Source: an uncultured Phycisphaerales bacterium (GTDB lineage: Bacteria > Planctomycetota > Phycisphaerae > Sedimentisphaerales > Anaerobacaceae). From it: a stretch of DNA of 64,000 nt. Numbering within the stretch: the first letter of the stretch is position 1; the number at the start of each line of letters is the position of its first letter. The stretch covers positions 1,216,001-1,280,000 of the forward strand of contig OY970359.1 in NCBI GenBank assembly GCA_963718665.1, written 5' to 3'. Below the pieces are notes generated by a model. That model was given only the letters and a program-made list of their open reading frames with translations. It ran no database searches and was not told the DNA's origin. Made by a program: the position numbers and the translations under genes. This document shows, piece after piece, positions 1-8,495 of this stretch.

Positions 1-44
1 CTTTGCTCACCAATACAAGGGCATCGGATTGAAATTACAAAAAA

Positions 45-133
45 CGGAGAGGGCGGGATTCGAACCCGCGGTACTCAATAAAGAGCACACTGGTTTTCGA
101 AACCAGCTCGTTCAGCCGCTCCGACACCTCTCC
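45..133 (-). tRNA. tRNA-Ser (anticodon CGA)
   Basis: Reverse complement GGAGAGGTGTCGGAGCGG...CTGGT-TTCGAAA-ACCAG, long variable arm, GGTTCGAATCC T-loop, acceptor CCTCTCC-G; CCA not encoded. Confidence 0.95.
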
Positions 134-304
134 GAAACCGCCCCGGCGGCGGCTCTGCCCTTCGCCGAGATCTCTTATCCTATACATTTTCGCACGCCAA
201 ATTGCAAGAACAATAGGCCTCGCCGGAAAAACCATTGATAACAAGCCGCCTCCGCCCTAAAATAGCCGGTTGACCTGTGCCTCCAGTATTGGGATGGGTA
301 ACCT

Positions 305-1237
305 GTGAGTGCTTATTTGAATAATCGAGGTACGATTTTGATATACCGACAAAAAACCGGCTTGTTTGTGATTACCGTTTTTTGCACGCTGCTTTTAATG
401 GCGGGCATCGGTATCTGCGCCGACCCAAACAGCCGTGACGCCAAACCGGCAGCGGACATCAACGACCCCAACGGCCCCACCGTTATGTTGAGCTACAACA
501 CTCTTAAGTCCGTGAAAACACCCACTGCCTCGTTTATGTATTTTATTCCCCTTATTTCGCCCACCCTCGTTTCTACCCAAATCAGCCCCAATAACCGCCA
601 ACAGGCGGTGTTTATATCGTATGAAAAAAGCGTCGTCCTGGATTCCTTCACTCTGAGCTGCGAATTCGAGTTGCAGGGAAGCGGCTTTTTCACGGATATT
701 TTTGACTCCAACGGGATTATAGCCACTTTCCCCGAAGAGATAAAGAAAAACGCCCCCGTGAATAACCTCCTCGATTATATCAGGTTGGAAGGAGAAGGGT
801 TTGGCCGAATAGACGTCAAGGGAACCATAGCCGATTCCAATGTAACCGTTACACAGGTGGACGTGCATTTCAACACAAGAGGGAAAAAAAGCCCAGTTAC
901 AATTGGGCTCTACAGCGTAAAACCTGAAAACGGGCACTATAAATACGAGAACAGGCATAATGAAATTGTCGCGCGGGTTGCCACCCTCACGTTCAAAAAA
1001 TGCGACGGCGAACCCAGGATGGATATCGAAGTGGTGTCCGTCAATAAGGCATCAAGACCAAACAGCTACATCGGCAGAGTCAAGGGGTTCATCGTCAATT
1101 TCTTTATTGACCCCATCAGAATATCCAAACTCGGCAACGATACCATGCTCAACTTCGGATATGCCCTGCTGAATAAGCAACCGTCGTTTACCTTCCCAAA
1201 AGCCGCTAATATAAAAAGTCAAACCGTAGCTCCGTAA
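305..1237 (+). CDS. Hypothetical exported protein, paralog A
   Basis: 310-aa ORF, N-terminal hydrophobic signal-like segment, colinear similarity to next ORF; start uncertain. Confidence 0.8.
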   Translation: MSAYLNNRGTILIYRQKTGLFVITVFCTLLLMAGIGICADPNSRDAKPAADINDPNGPTVMLSYNTLKSVKTPTASFMYFIPLISPTLVSTQISPNNRQQAVFISYEKSVVLDSFTLSCEFELQGSGFFTDIFDSNGIIATFPEEIKKNAPVNNLLDYIRLEGEGFGRIDVKGTIADSNVTVTQVDVHFNTRGKKSPVTIGLYSVKPENGHYKYENRHNEIVARVATLTFKKCDGEPRMDIEVVSVNKASRPNSYIGRVKGFIVNFFIDPIRISKLGNDTMLNFGYALLNKQPSFTFPKAANIKSQTVAP

Positions 1238-1248
1238 AGGAATAAGCC

Positions 1249-2244
1249 GTGAACTTACATTCGATAAATCCTCGCGCCTGTATAATAACCGCTGCTTTTA
1301 TGCTGCTTTTATTTGCCGGCATCGCAATCTGTTCCGATACCGATAAGTCAGCCAATAACCCCGGCGTCAAATTACCGGTGGACAGTAACGACCCCAACGG
1401 CCCGACGGTTACGTTAAGCTACGACGGTTCGAAGCCCATAAAAAATCCCTCATCTTCCTTTATGTATTTTGTTCCGCTTATCGCCCCGACACGCGTTGAT
1501 ATGGAAATCAGCCCCGATAACCAGCAGCAGGCGTGGTTTTTGTCGTATGATAAGAAGGTCACCAAAAAAACCTTCTACGTAACCGGCGAATTTGAAATGC
1601 GCGGAAATGGCTTTTTCAATAACACACTTGACTCCGCGGAGGTAATAGCGGCTTTCAGCGAAGAGATGAAAAAAGGCGCCCCGATTAAGAACGCCCTTGA
1701 TTTTATTAAATTCGAAGGCGAAGGCATCGGTCGCATCGAGGCGAGGGGAACGATCGACGATTCCAATGAAACCGTTACGGAGGTTAAGATTCATTTCAAC
1801 ATCGGAGGCCGAAAAAGCCCTATTACCATTGGCCTTTACTGCGTTGACCCCGAAAACGGACATTATAATTACAGCAAAAGATATAACGAGTTGGTCGCCC
1901 GCGCAGCCACCCTTACCTTCAAGAAAGGCGAAGGCGACCCCAGGATGGGAGTTACGGTTGTCTCGGTCGACAAGGCCGCGAAGCCAAACAGCTACATCGG
2001 CAAAATCAAGGGATTCATAGCCAATTTCTTTATAGAGCCGCCCAAGATTTCCAGGATAGGCAACGATACGATGCTCGACTTCGGATATGCCCTTCTGAAG
2101 CAAAAACCATCGTTCACTTTCCCGAAAGCCACTAATATAAAGCCCGCCAAACCAGCAATGATAAATAGGTTTACCTCGCCGGTTCTGCTCGCCCGAAATA
2201 TATTGCAACGAGCATTGGATAATTCTAAAATCCCTGATGACTAG
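1249..2244 (+). CDS. Hypothetical exported protein, paralog B
   Basis: 331-aa ORF, AAGGA RBS before GTG, signal-like N-terminus, shares blocks such as NDPNGPTV, SFMYF, KQPSFTFPKA-like with paralog A. Confidence 0.8.
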   Translation: MNLHSINPRACIITAAFMLLLFAGIAICSDTDKSANNPGVKLPVDSNDPNGPTVTLSYDGSKPIKNPSSSFMYFVPLIAPTRVDMEISPDNQQQAWFLSYDKKVTKKTFYVTGEFEMRGNGFFNNTLDSAEVIAAFSEEMKKGAPIKNALDFIKFEGEGIGRIEARGTIDDSNETVTEVKIHFNIGGRKSPITIGLYCVDPENGHYNYSKRYNELVARAATLTFKKGEGDPRMGVTVVSVDKAAKPNSYIGKIKGFIANFFIEPPKISRIGNDTMLDFGYALLKQKPSFTFPKATNIKPAKPAMINRFTSPVLLARNILQRALDNSKIPDD

Positions 2245-2268
2245 TTTAACTCTTTGAAGGACGAAACA

Positions 2269-2994
2269 ATGTATATCATACCGGCTATCGACCTTCGCGG
2301 CGGCAAATGCGTCCGCCTCATACAGGGCGACTACCATCGCCAAATCAATTACCAGGAAAACCCCGTCAAACAGGCACAGGAATTCATCACACAGGGTGCC
2401 GAATGGGTCCACATAGTTGACCTCGACGGCGCAAAGGTCGGAAGACCCGTCAACTCGCCGACTATTTCCGCCATCGCCGCTCTCGGCAAATTGAAAATCG
2501 AGGTCGGCGGGGGACTCCGAACCGAACAGGATATTAAAACCCTCATCGATTTGGGCGTCAAACGGGTTATCATCGGCACTCAGGCCGTTAACGACTTCGA
2601 ATGGTTCAGCGATATGGCTAAGCGTTTCCCCGGCAAAGTGGCGCTTGGCCTCGACGCCAAAGGTTCGCACGTCGTTACAGGCGGCTGGTATGACGAACAT
2701 CCCAAATCCCTGCTCGAACTTGCACGCGAGGCCACCGTGCTGCCCATAGCCGCAATAATCTACACCGACGTCGCCAAAGACGGCATGCTCGCCGGGCCTA
2801 ATTTTGAAAGGACCAATGTCCTCATTCACACCGTTTCGGTGCCCGTTGTCGCCTCCGGCGGTGTAACTACCATATCGGATATCAAAAAACTGGCCTCCCT
2901 CGGCGCTGCCGGCACTATCGTCGGCCGGGCGCTCTATGAGGGCTCTCTTGCTCTGCCGGATGCCATTAACGCCGCAAAAAACCCTTCCTCCTGA
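2269..2994 (+). CDS. hisA: ProFAR isomerase HisA
   Basis: IIPAIDLRGGKCVRLIQGDY, HIVDLDGA, EVGGGLR, ASGGV motifs; ATG at 2269 after AAGGA. Confidence 0.95.
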   Translation: MYIIPAIDLRGGKCVRLIQGDYHRQINYQENPVKQAQEFITQGAEWVHIVDLDGAKVGRPVNSPTISAIAALGKLKIEVGGGLRTEQDIKTLIDLGVKRVIIGTQAVNDFEWFSDMAKRFPGKVALGLDAKGSHVVTGGWYDEHPKSLLELAREATVLPIAAIIYTDVAKDGMLAGPNFERTNVLIHTVSVPVVASGGVTTISDIKKLASLGAAGTIVGRALYEGSLALPDAINAAKNPSS

Positions 2995-3331
2995 TACCCC
3001 CCACAAATGCCCCTCCAATACTCGTTTAGGGAGCTTTTGCCGCATTTCTACAAACATACAAGCACACAGAGTGAAGGAGGGTCCGGAAAAATCTTCCGCT
3101 TCGCTTATAGAAACCCTTATTTACCGGCTCCAAAACAAGCTACTATATGTAGTGTGTGCTCTTATGACCAAAAACCTTAGCTGATAAGTGATTTTGGATG
3201 AAATTGAATCCGTCATTTCTACTTTTTTTACACTATTTTCAGTGTTGAAACCCCGTTTTTTTGCCAAAAACGAACATAATTCCCGCTTCTACAAACGGTT
3301 AAGCAAATCTACGCCTTACCCTCGCATTCGC

Positions 3332-3360
3332 TAAAGTTTTTAAGGTATCATTGTCGATAA
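3332..3360 (+). promoter_or_regulatory. Possible sigma28-type promoter
   Basis: TAAAGTTT...GTCGATAA upstream of FlgM-like gene; spacing is 2 nt longer than the E. coli TAAA-N15-GCCGATAA consensus. Confidence 0.35.
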
Positions 3361-3483
3361 CAACACTGTAAACAAGATTGGGGTCCCAAAAAGGATTATG
3401 GGACATACAAGATATAGTGGTTGATAGCTTATGGTGAAAAAACGGAAATTTTCGCCTGCGGCTCGATAGACAAGGTAATATTG

Positions 3484-3786
3484 ATGTCCGATTGCACTCA
3501 CAAAAATTGGCTCACAGAACAGAGGTTCAACCTTGAACCGGTTCACGGAGAGTATGTCGAACCGGAAAATGACCTGATTGCAGATGATGACCTGCTTATG
3601 GAGCAGATTCTCGACAATATGAACGGCACGCCTCTCGGGCAGGTGCTTAAGAAAATCGCCGTGATGCCCGAAGTCAGGAAACAAAAAGTCCTTAAGGTCC
3701 GCCGGCAGCTCACCGAAGGCAGATACAACCTTACTGAACGGTTAGACCTTGCCCTGGAAAAGGTGCTCGACGACTTGGATATCTAA
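3484..3786 (+). CDS. FlgM-like anti-sigma28 factor domain protein
   Basis: C-terminus PEVRKQKVLKVRRQLTEGRYNLTERLDLALEKVLDDL resembles the FlgM C-terminal helices; start chosen at ATG 3484. Confidence 0.6.
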   Translation: MSDCTHKNWLTEQRFNLEPVHGEYVEPENDLIADDDLLMEQILDNMNGTPLGQVLKKIAVMPEVRKQKVLKVRRQLTEGRYNLTERLDLALEKVLDDLDI

Positions 3787-3787
3787 T

Positions 3788-3823
3788 AAAAACAGCCGGG
3801 CTTTACCCCACCGCACCCGGCTG
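3788..3823 (-). terminator. Intrinsic terminator candidate for spoVG
   Basis: CAGCCGGG...CCCGGCTG stem followed by a T tract on the minus strand, between convergent genes. Confidence 0.45.
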
Positions 3824-3921
3824 CACTGTCAGTTCCGCTTTAACGGAACTGTTACCGACAAATACCACAGTTTTACTCAACGGCTCATATTATTGTGGGC
3901 CGTTTGTGTTTACGCAGCTGT

Positions 3922-4362
3922 TTACGTTACTATCTCCGGGACCTCATCATCCGGCTCATCCATTTCCACCGGCTTATATCCCAGCTGCTTTGACTTCTCC
4001 AATTCTTCCTTGAACGCAGCCACTACCTTGTCCTGAATCTTCTTCCTGCACTCGGCGTTTATCGGGTGTGCAATGTCCGCGTGCAGCTTCATCCGGCCTT
4101 TCATATCCTTCTTCGCACGGTCGTCAGGAAGCTGGGCCCCGCAGTTATTGCAGAACTTCGCCCGGAGGTGATTCTTGCCTCCGCACTTCTCGCAGTGGTC
4201 GCTCATCTTCCTTGACGGCATCGCCACAAAATATCCGTTGGTACCCTCGATTACCTTTATGTCACGCACCACGAACTCATTGTCCATCGTTACCGAGCAA
4301 AACGCCTTCAACCTGTCATCCTTGTTCTCTATTAGCTTCACTCTCACTTCGCTGATTTGCAT
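3922..4362 (-). CDS. spoVG: SpoVG family protein with zinc-ribbon insertion
   Basis: [42 protein letters not shown]; inserted CEKC...CNNC. Confidence 0.9.
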   Translation of the reverse strand: MQISEVRVKLIENKDDRLKAFCSVTMDNEFVVRDIKVIEGTNGYFVAMPSRKMSDHCEKCGGKNHLRAKFCNNCGAQLPDDRAKKDMKGRMKLHADIAHPINAECRKKIQDKVVAAFKEELEKSKQLGYKPVEMDEPDDEVPEIVT

Positions 4363-4382
4363 ACTCTCGCCTCACCTATTAG

Positions 4383-5306
4383 CTACCAACCGTTGCTGTT
4401 TAATATCACGCTCTTACAGCCAAAATCTCGTGCAAGTTTGTTTTGGCATTTCAGCATCTTTTCCTCATCGCTTTCGTCAATAACACAATACATCGACGAA
4501 CCACTCCCGCTCAGGCAAACCGGCCCGATTCCTGTTCGCTCGATACCATTTTTCATCTCTCTAAGCTTCGTATTCAACTCAAAGCAACTTTCCTGGAGCA
4601 TATTTGCGCACAACTTACAAACCAAATCAATCTTCTTTTTCCTGATATATACGCTAATTTCCTTACTAAAGTGCTCATATTTCACTGAATCGTATCGGTA
4701 GTTTTCGTAAACCCTTCTGGTGGAAACACTTACGTTAGGGACAATCAAAAATACCCTAAATTCACTTTTTGGTAATTTTTGTACTTTTTCCCCCCTGCCC
4801 GTGCAAAAACCGACTGGCCCCCCCAAAAAGAACGCCACGTCACTGCCTAATTTCGTTGCTAATCCAGCAAGTATTTTTCGGCTAAGCCCCAGCTTCAGAA
4901 ACCTGTTGATACCCATCAATGTCCCTGCCGCGTCACTGCTACCAGACCCCAGTCCTGTCCCCGCAGGTATATTCTTCACCAGCGTAATTTTAACCGATGT
5001 CCCCTGCTCTCCTGATACCCCCATACCCTGATACCTTGTTTCCAGTATCAACTTCGCCGCCTTATAAACCAGATTATCTTCCCCCTCCGGCACCTCGCAT
5101 GGTCCCTTGCAAATCAGTTCAATCCCTTTTTCCCTCCCCGGCTCAATCAGTATCTCATCGTACCAGTTGATTTTCGCCATTATGGTTTCCAGCTCGTGAT
5201 ACCCGTCAGGGCGTTTGCCCGCGACCAGCAACGATAAATTGATTTTAGCCGGGGCTCTCACCAGCAAACCATCGCCGATATTTTCAAATTGTTTTTCCTT
5301 GCTCAT
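4383..5306 (-). CDS. ispE: 4-(cytidine 5'-diphospho)-2-C-methyl-D-erythritol kinase
   Basis: APAKINLSL, KRPDGYHEL, KNIPAGTGLGSGSSDAA, LGSDVAFF, LSGSGS. Confidence 0.95.
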   Translation of the reverse strand: MSKEKQFENIGDGLLVRAPAKINLSLLVAGKRPDGYHELETIMAKINWYDEILIEPGREKGIELICKGPCEVPEGEDNLVYKAAKLILETRYQGMGVSGEQGTSVKITLVKNIPAGTGLGSGSSDAAGTLMGINRFLKLGLSRKILAGLATKLGSDVAFFLGGPVGFCTGRGEKVQKLPKSEFRVFLIVPNVSVSTRRVYENYRYDSVKYEHFSKEISVYIRKKKIDLVCKLCANMLQESCFELNTKLREMKNGIERTGIGPVCLSGSGSSMYCVIDESDEEKMLKCQNKLARDFGCKSVILNSNGW

Positions 5307-5351
5307 GGCATTTTAACCAATGTTCGTGATAAATTTGTCGAAAGATAGTTT

Positions 5352-5477
5352 ATGGCAAGTGGCAGTCGAAGACAACATATTGTTCCCCGGCAGATGATTC
5401 GTCGGTTCGCTAATGAACAAGGTAAATTACACACCCTACAACTTCGGCTGGCGGAAGTTATGCTTTCGGGATTATAA
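5352..5477 (+). pseudogene. N-terminal remnant of DUF4238-like protein
   Basis: 41-aa ORF MASGSRRQHIVPRQMIRRFANEQGKL... matches the QHxVP-x4-RF N-terminal pattern of DUF4238 proteins, then ends. Confidence 0.5.
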
Positions 5478-5485
5478 TCCCAAGT

Positions 5486-6247
5486 ATGTGGTTTTTTAAG
5501 AAATGGCGTAGAAAGCGGATAAGGCAGCGGCCATTCCCGCCGGAATGGGCGGGTATAATTGAAGGGCATGTGCTGTTCTATCGCAGGTTGTCTGTGCTCG
5601 ACAAAAAGGAATTGAAGCAGCATATCCTCGTATTTTTAGCTGAGAAGAATTTCTTCGGCTGCGGCGGACTGGCGATTACCGATGAAATCAGGGTAACGAT
5701 AGCCGCGCAGGCGTGCGTATTGCTTTTACACCGCGAAACCGATTACTACCCGGGATTGCATTCGATACTCGTTTACCCGGCAGCATACGTGGCAAAAGCG
5801 ACGAGGCATCTGGCGGGCGGGGTCGTCGAAGAGGGATTCGACGTGCGATTGGGCGAGTCGTGGCATCGCGGGTCAGTTGTACTGTCGTGGGACGACGTCC
5901 GGCAAGGAGCGGCTGATGTGCGCGACGGGCATAACGTTGTATTCCACGAATTCGCACACCAATTGGACAGCACCTGCGGGCAAGGTGATAGTTCGGCGGT
6001 GCTACAGCAAAGGTCAACATTTATCACATGGGCAAGGGTGCTTCATAAAAACTATATAAAGCTTCAGCAGGATTTATCGAGTAACAGGCCGACGCTGCTG
6101 GGTTCATACGCGGGACAGGACCCGGCGGAGTTTTTTGCGGTCGCAACCGAATACTTCTTCGAACGGCCAAAGGATTTACAAAAAACATATCCGGATTTGT
6201 ATCGCGAGCTGAGTAATTTCTACCACCAAAACCCGGCGGAGCAGTAA
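5486..6247 (+). CDS. MtfA / peptidase M90 family zinc-dependent peptidase
   Basis: IAAQAC, ILVYP, GESW, VVLSW, HEFAHQLD, EFFAVATEYFFERP. Confidence 0.9.
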   Translation: MWFFKKWRRKRIRQRPFPPEWAGIIEGHVLFYRRLSVLDKKELKQHILVFLAEKNFFGCGGLAITDEIRVTIAAQACVLLLHRETDYYPGLHSILVYPAAYVAKATRHLAGGVVEEGFDVRLGESWHRGSVVLSWDDVRQGAADVRDGHNVVFHEFAHQLDSTCGQGDSSAVLQQRSTFITWARVLHKNYIKLQQDLSSNRPTLLGSYAGQDPAEFFAVATEYFFERPKDLQKTYPDLYRELSNFYHQNPAEQ

Positions 6248-6366
6248 AACCTTTTAACCGCGGATTTAGGTTGCAAACGGGCCGGCACAAGAGATAATAG
6301 CCATAATCATAACTATCTTCACCCTGATGGCGACAAAAATGACTAGATGTTTAATGGAGACGGAAA

Positions 6367-7101
6367 ATGAAAAAGTTATCGGCGTTGTTTGTGGCATTGA
6401 TAATGCTTGGTATATGCACATCATCCTATGGTTACTTCCTTATTTATAAGCTGTCGGGCACAATTAGAGGGGTAATGTATAGCCGGTCGGACACAAACAC
6501 AATAGGGATAGATGATACAAATGCGGTAACTATTCCCTTTAAGGGCTGTTTGGTGATGAACCTTGCTCTTGATGAGGTCAATGACACCAATACGCTTATT
6601 GACGCGAACATGATTATTTACGGCAGAGATGCCAACAATAATAAGGTTTACGTCCAGCTCAACTCAAGTGACAGCAACGAGTTCCTCGATTCGTATATAT
6701 TGGAGCGGGGGAACAAGAGACATTTCTACAGGCTCAACGGCATGTCGCCTTTTGACTTCAATGCGTTTATGATGGGCGACGTCCATAGCGTAAATATCGG
6801 TCTTCCACACGGATACAGAATACTTCTTGCCTCAAGCTTGAAGGGTCCTATTGCAGCGGGATACGGCATATTTCTCGACTTAGACCAGGAAATCGCGGGG
6901 GCAGGGAATATTTCGGCGTCGCTTTGGACCCTCGCGACAAAAGGGGTCAATAACCCTGATAACCCTGACCCCTATACCCCGCATACACAGGATGGGATTA
7001 TTGAGGCGATAAAAGGGATTGGTGAGTATAGTGATCATCCGTACTGGAATCACATCCTGGAGCACTATACAGAAGTAAGTATCCCGGCGCCAGCGCCATA
7101 A
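6367..7101 (+). CDS. Hypothetical secreted protein
   Basis: MKK signal peptide, GGAG RBS, strong terminator downstream. Confidence 0.8.
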   Translation: MKKLSALFVALIMLGICTSSYGYFLIYKLSGTIRGVMYSRSDTNTIGIDDTNAVTIPFKGCLVMNLALDEVNDTNTLIDANMIIYGRDANNNKVYVQLNSSDSNEFLDSYILERGNKRHFYRLNGMSPFDFNAFMMGDVHSVNIGLPHGYRILLASSLKGPIAAGYGIFLDLDQEIAGAGNISASLWTLATKGVNNPDNPDPYTPHTQDGIIEAIKGIGEYSDHPYWNHILEHYTEVSIPAPAP

Positions 7102-7142
7102 GGCAAAGAAATACTCGACTAAGCCGAAAGAACTGATTTTTG

Positions 7143-7181
7143 CCGGCCTGTTCCTGGTCAAAGGAACAGGCCGGTTTTTTT
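7143..7181 (+). terminator. Rho-independent terminator
   Basis: CCGGCCTGTTCC-loop-GGAACAGGCCGG then T7. Confidence 0.85.
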
Positions 7182-7262
7182 ATGCGCGGACTTTGCTGGG
7201 TTGATTATCAATGGCCGATGGCGTATTATTTAAGCAAAGTTGATTACCTGGAGGTATCAAAT

Positions 7263-8387
7263 ATGAACGGACGAAACGTATTCTGGTCGGCGATTCTCAT
7301 CGCGATGATTATTACTGGTAATATTATGGCGGAGACAAGTAAGGTTGTGCCTTTGGAAATCGGGGCGGCTGCGCCGGATTTCAATTTGCCCGGCGTAGAT
7401 GGTCGAGAATACCGGCTGGCGGATTTTGCCGACGCGAATATCCTCGTGATTGTGTTCACCGCTAATCACTGTCCGACGGCGCAGGCATACGAAAGCCGGC
7501 TGATGCAATTGGTAACGGATTACAAAAGTAAGGGAGTAGCGGTTGTGGCGATATCGCCGAATGACCCGCTGGCAGTCCGGCTCGATGAGATGGGATATAC
7601 CGACATGGGTGATTCCTTTGAGGAGATGAAGCTTCGCGCGGCTGAGAGAAAGTTTAATTTTCCGTATCTCTACGACGGCCAGACACAAACGGTATCCCGT
7701 GCTTATGGGCCGGTGAGCACTCCTCACGTATTCATATTCGACAAGGAACGCAAACTGCAATACTCAGGCGCAGTAGATAATTCGGACGACCCGAGCAAAA
7801 TAAAGAAAAGCTTTGTTCGGGACGCGATTGACGCGATGCTCGATGGGCGAGAGATTGCGATAAAGAAAATGAAGACGTTTGGCTGTACGATAAAATGGGC
7901 GGACAAGGAAAAATCAGCACAAAAGGCGTTCGCGGAATGGGCAAAAGAGGCGGTTGAGGTAAATCTTACCGACGCCAACGGCGTGCGCGAGATTATGAAA
8001 AACAATTCCGGCAAACTCCGGCTGGTCAACATATGGGCGACGTGGTGCGGGCCCTGTGTTATTGAAATGCCGGAATTAGTCAATATAAACCGGATGTATC
8101 GGGGCAGGGCATTCGAAATGGTAACAATCGGCGGGGATATGCCGAGCAAAAAAGATGATGTTATAAAATTCCTGAAGGATAAGCAGGTTTCTTGCACCAA
8201 TTACCTGTTTAATTCCGATGACAGAACTGAGCTGAGCGGGGTGATTGACAAAAAGTGGGAAGGCGGCATCCCTTACACGGTTATTATAAAGCCGGGCGGT
8301 GAGATAATTTATCGGCATACCGGCGCGATAGAGCCACTTGAAGTGAAAAAGGCAATAATTGGCTACATAGGCAGATATTACTTTTGA
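7263..8387 (+). CDS. Exported two-domain redoxin (AhpC/TSA-like + TlpA-like)
   Basis: Signal peptide; APDFNLPGVDG, ANHCPTA in domain 1; WATWCGPC in domain 2; GGAGG RBS. Confidence 0.85.
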   Translation: MNGRNVFWSAILIAMIITGNIMAETSKVVPLEIGAAAPDFNLPGVDGREYRLADFADANILVIVFTANHCPTAQAYESRLMQLVTDYKSKGVAVVAISPNDPLAVRLDEMGYTDMGDSFEEMKLRAAERKFNFPYLYDGQTQTVSRAYGPVSTPHVFIFDKERKLQYSGAVDNSDDPSKIKKSFVRDAIDAMLDGREIAIKKMKTFGCTIKWADKEKSAQKAFAEWAKEAVEVNLTDANGVREIMKNNSGKLRLVNIWATWCGPCVIEMPELVNINRMYRGRAFEMVTIGGDMPSKKDDVIKFLKDKQVSCTNYLFNSDDRTELSGVIDKKWEGGIPYTVIIKPGGEIIYRHTGAIEPLEVKKAIIGYIGRYYF

Positions 8388-8495
8388 CATCGAAATGACA
8401 AGGTGAGGGGTTTGTGTTCGGAAGAGTTTTGTGTTAAATTGGCTTGAGCCCGCCCGCTGGGGATGGGGCTAAACGATAATGATTGGGGTTAAAAG

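Noticed and set aside
29..244. 69-aa ORFs on both strands
   Set aside because: They overlap tRNA-Ser; shadow ORFs
1450..3057. 535-aa minus-strand ORF
   Set aside because: Antisense to hisA and paralog B; no motifs
3140..3156. NrdR-box-like CTACTATATGTAGTG
   Set aside because: Single copy and no ribonucleotide reductase gene nearby
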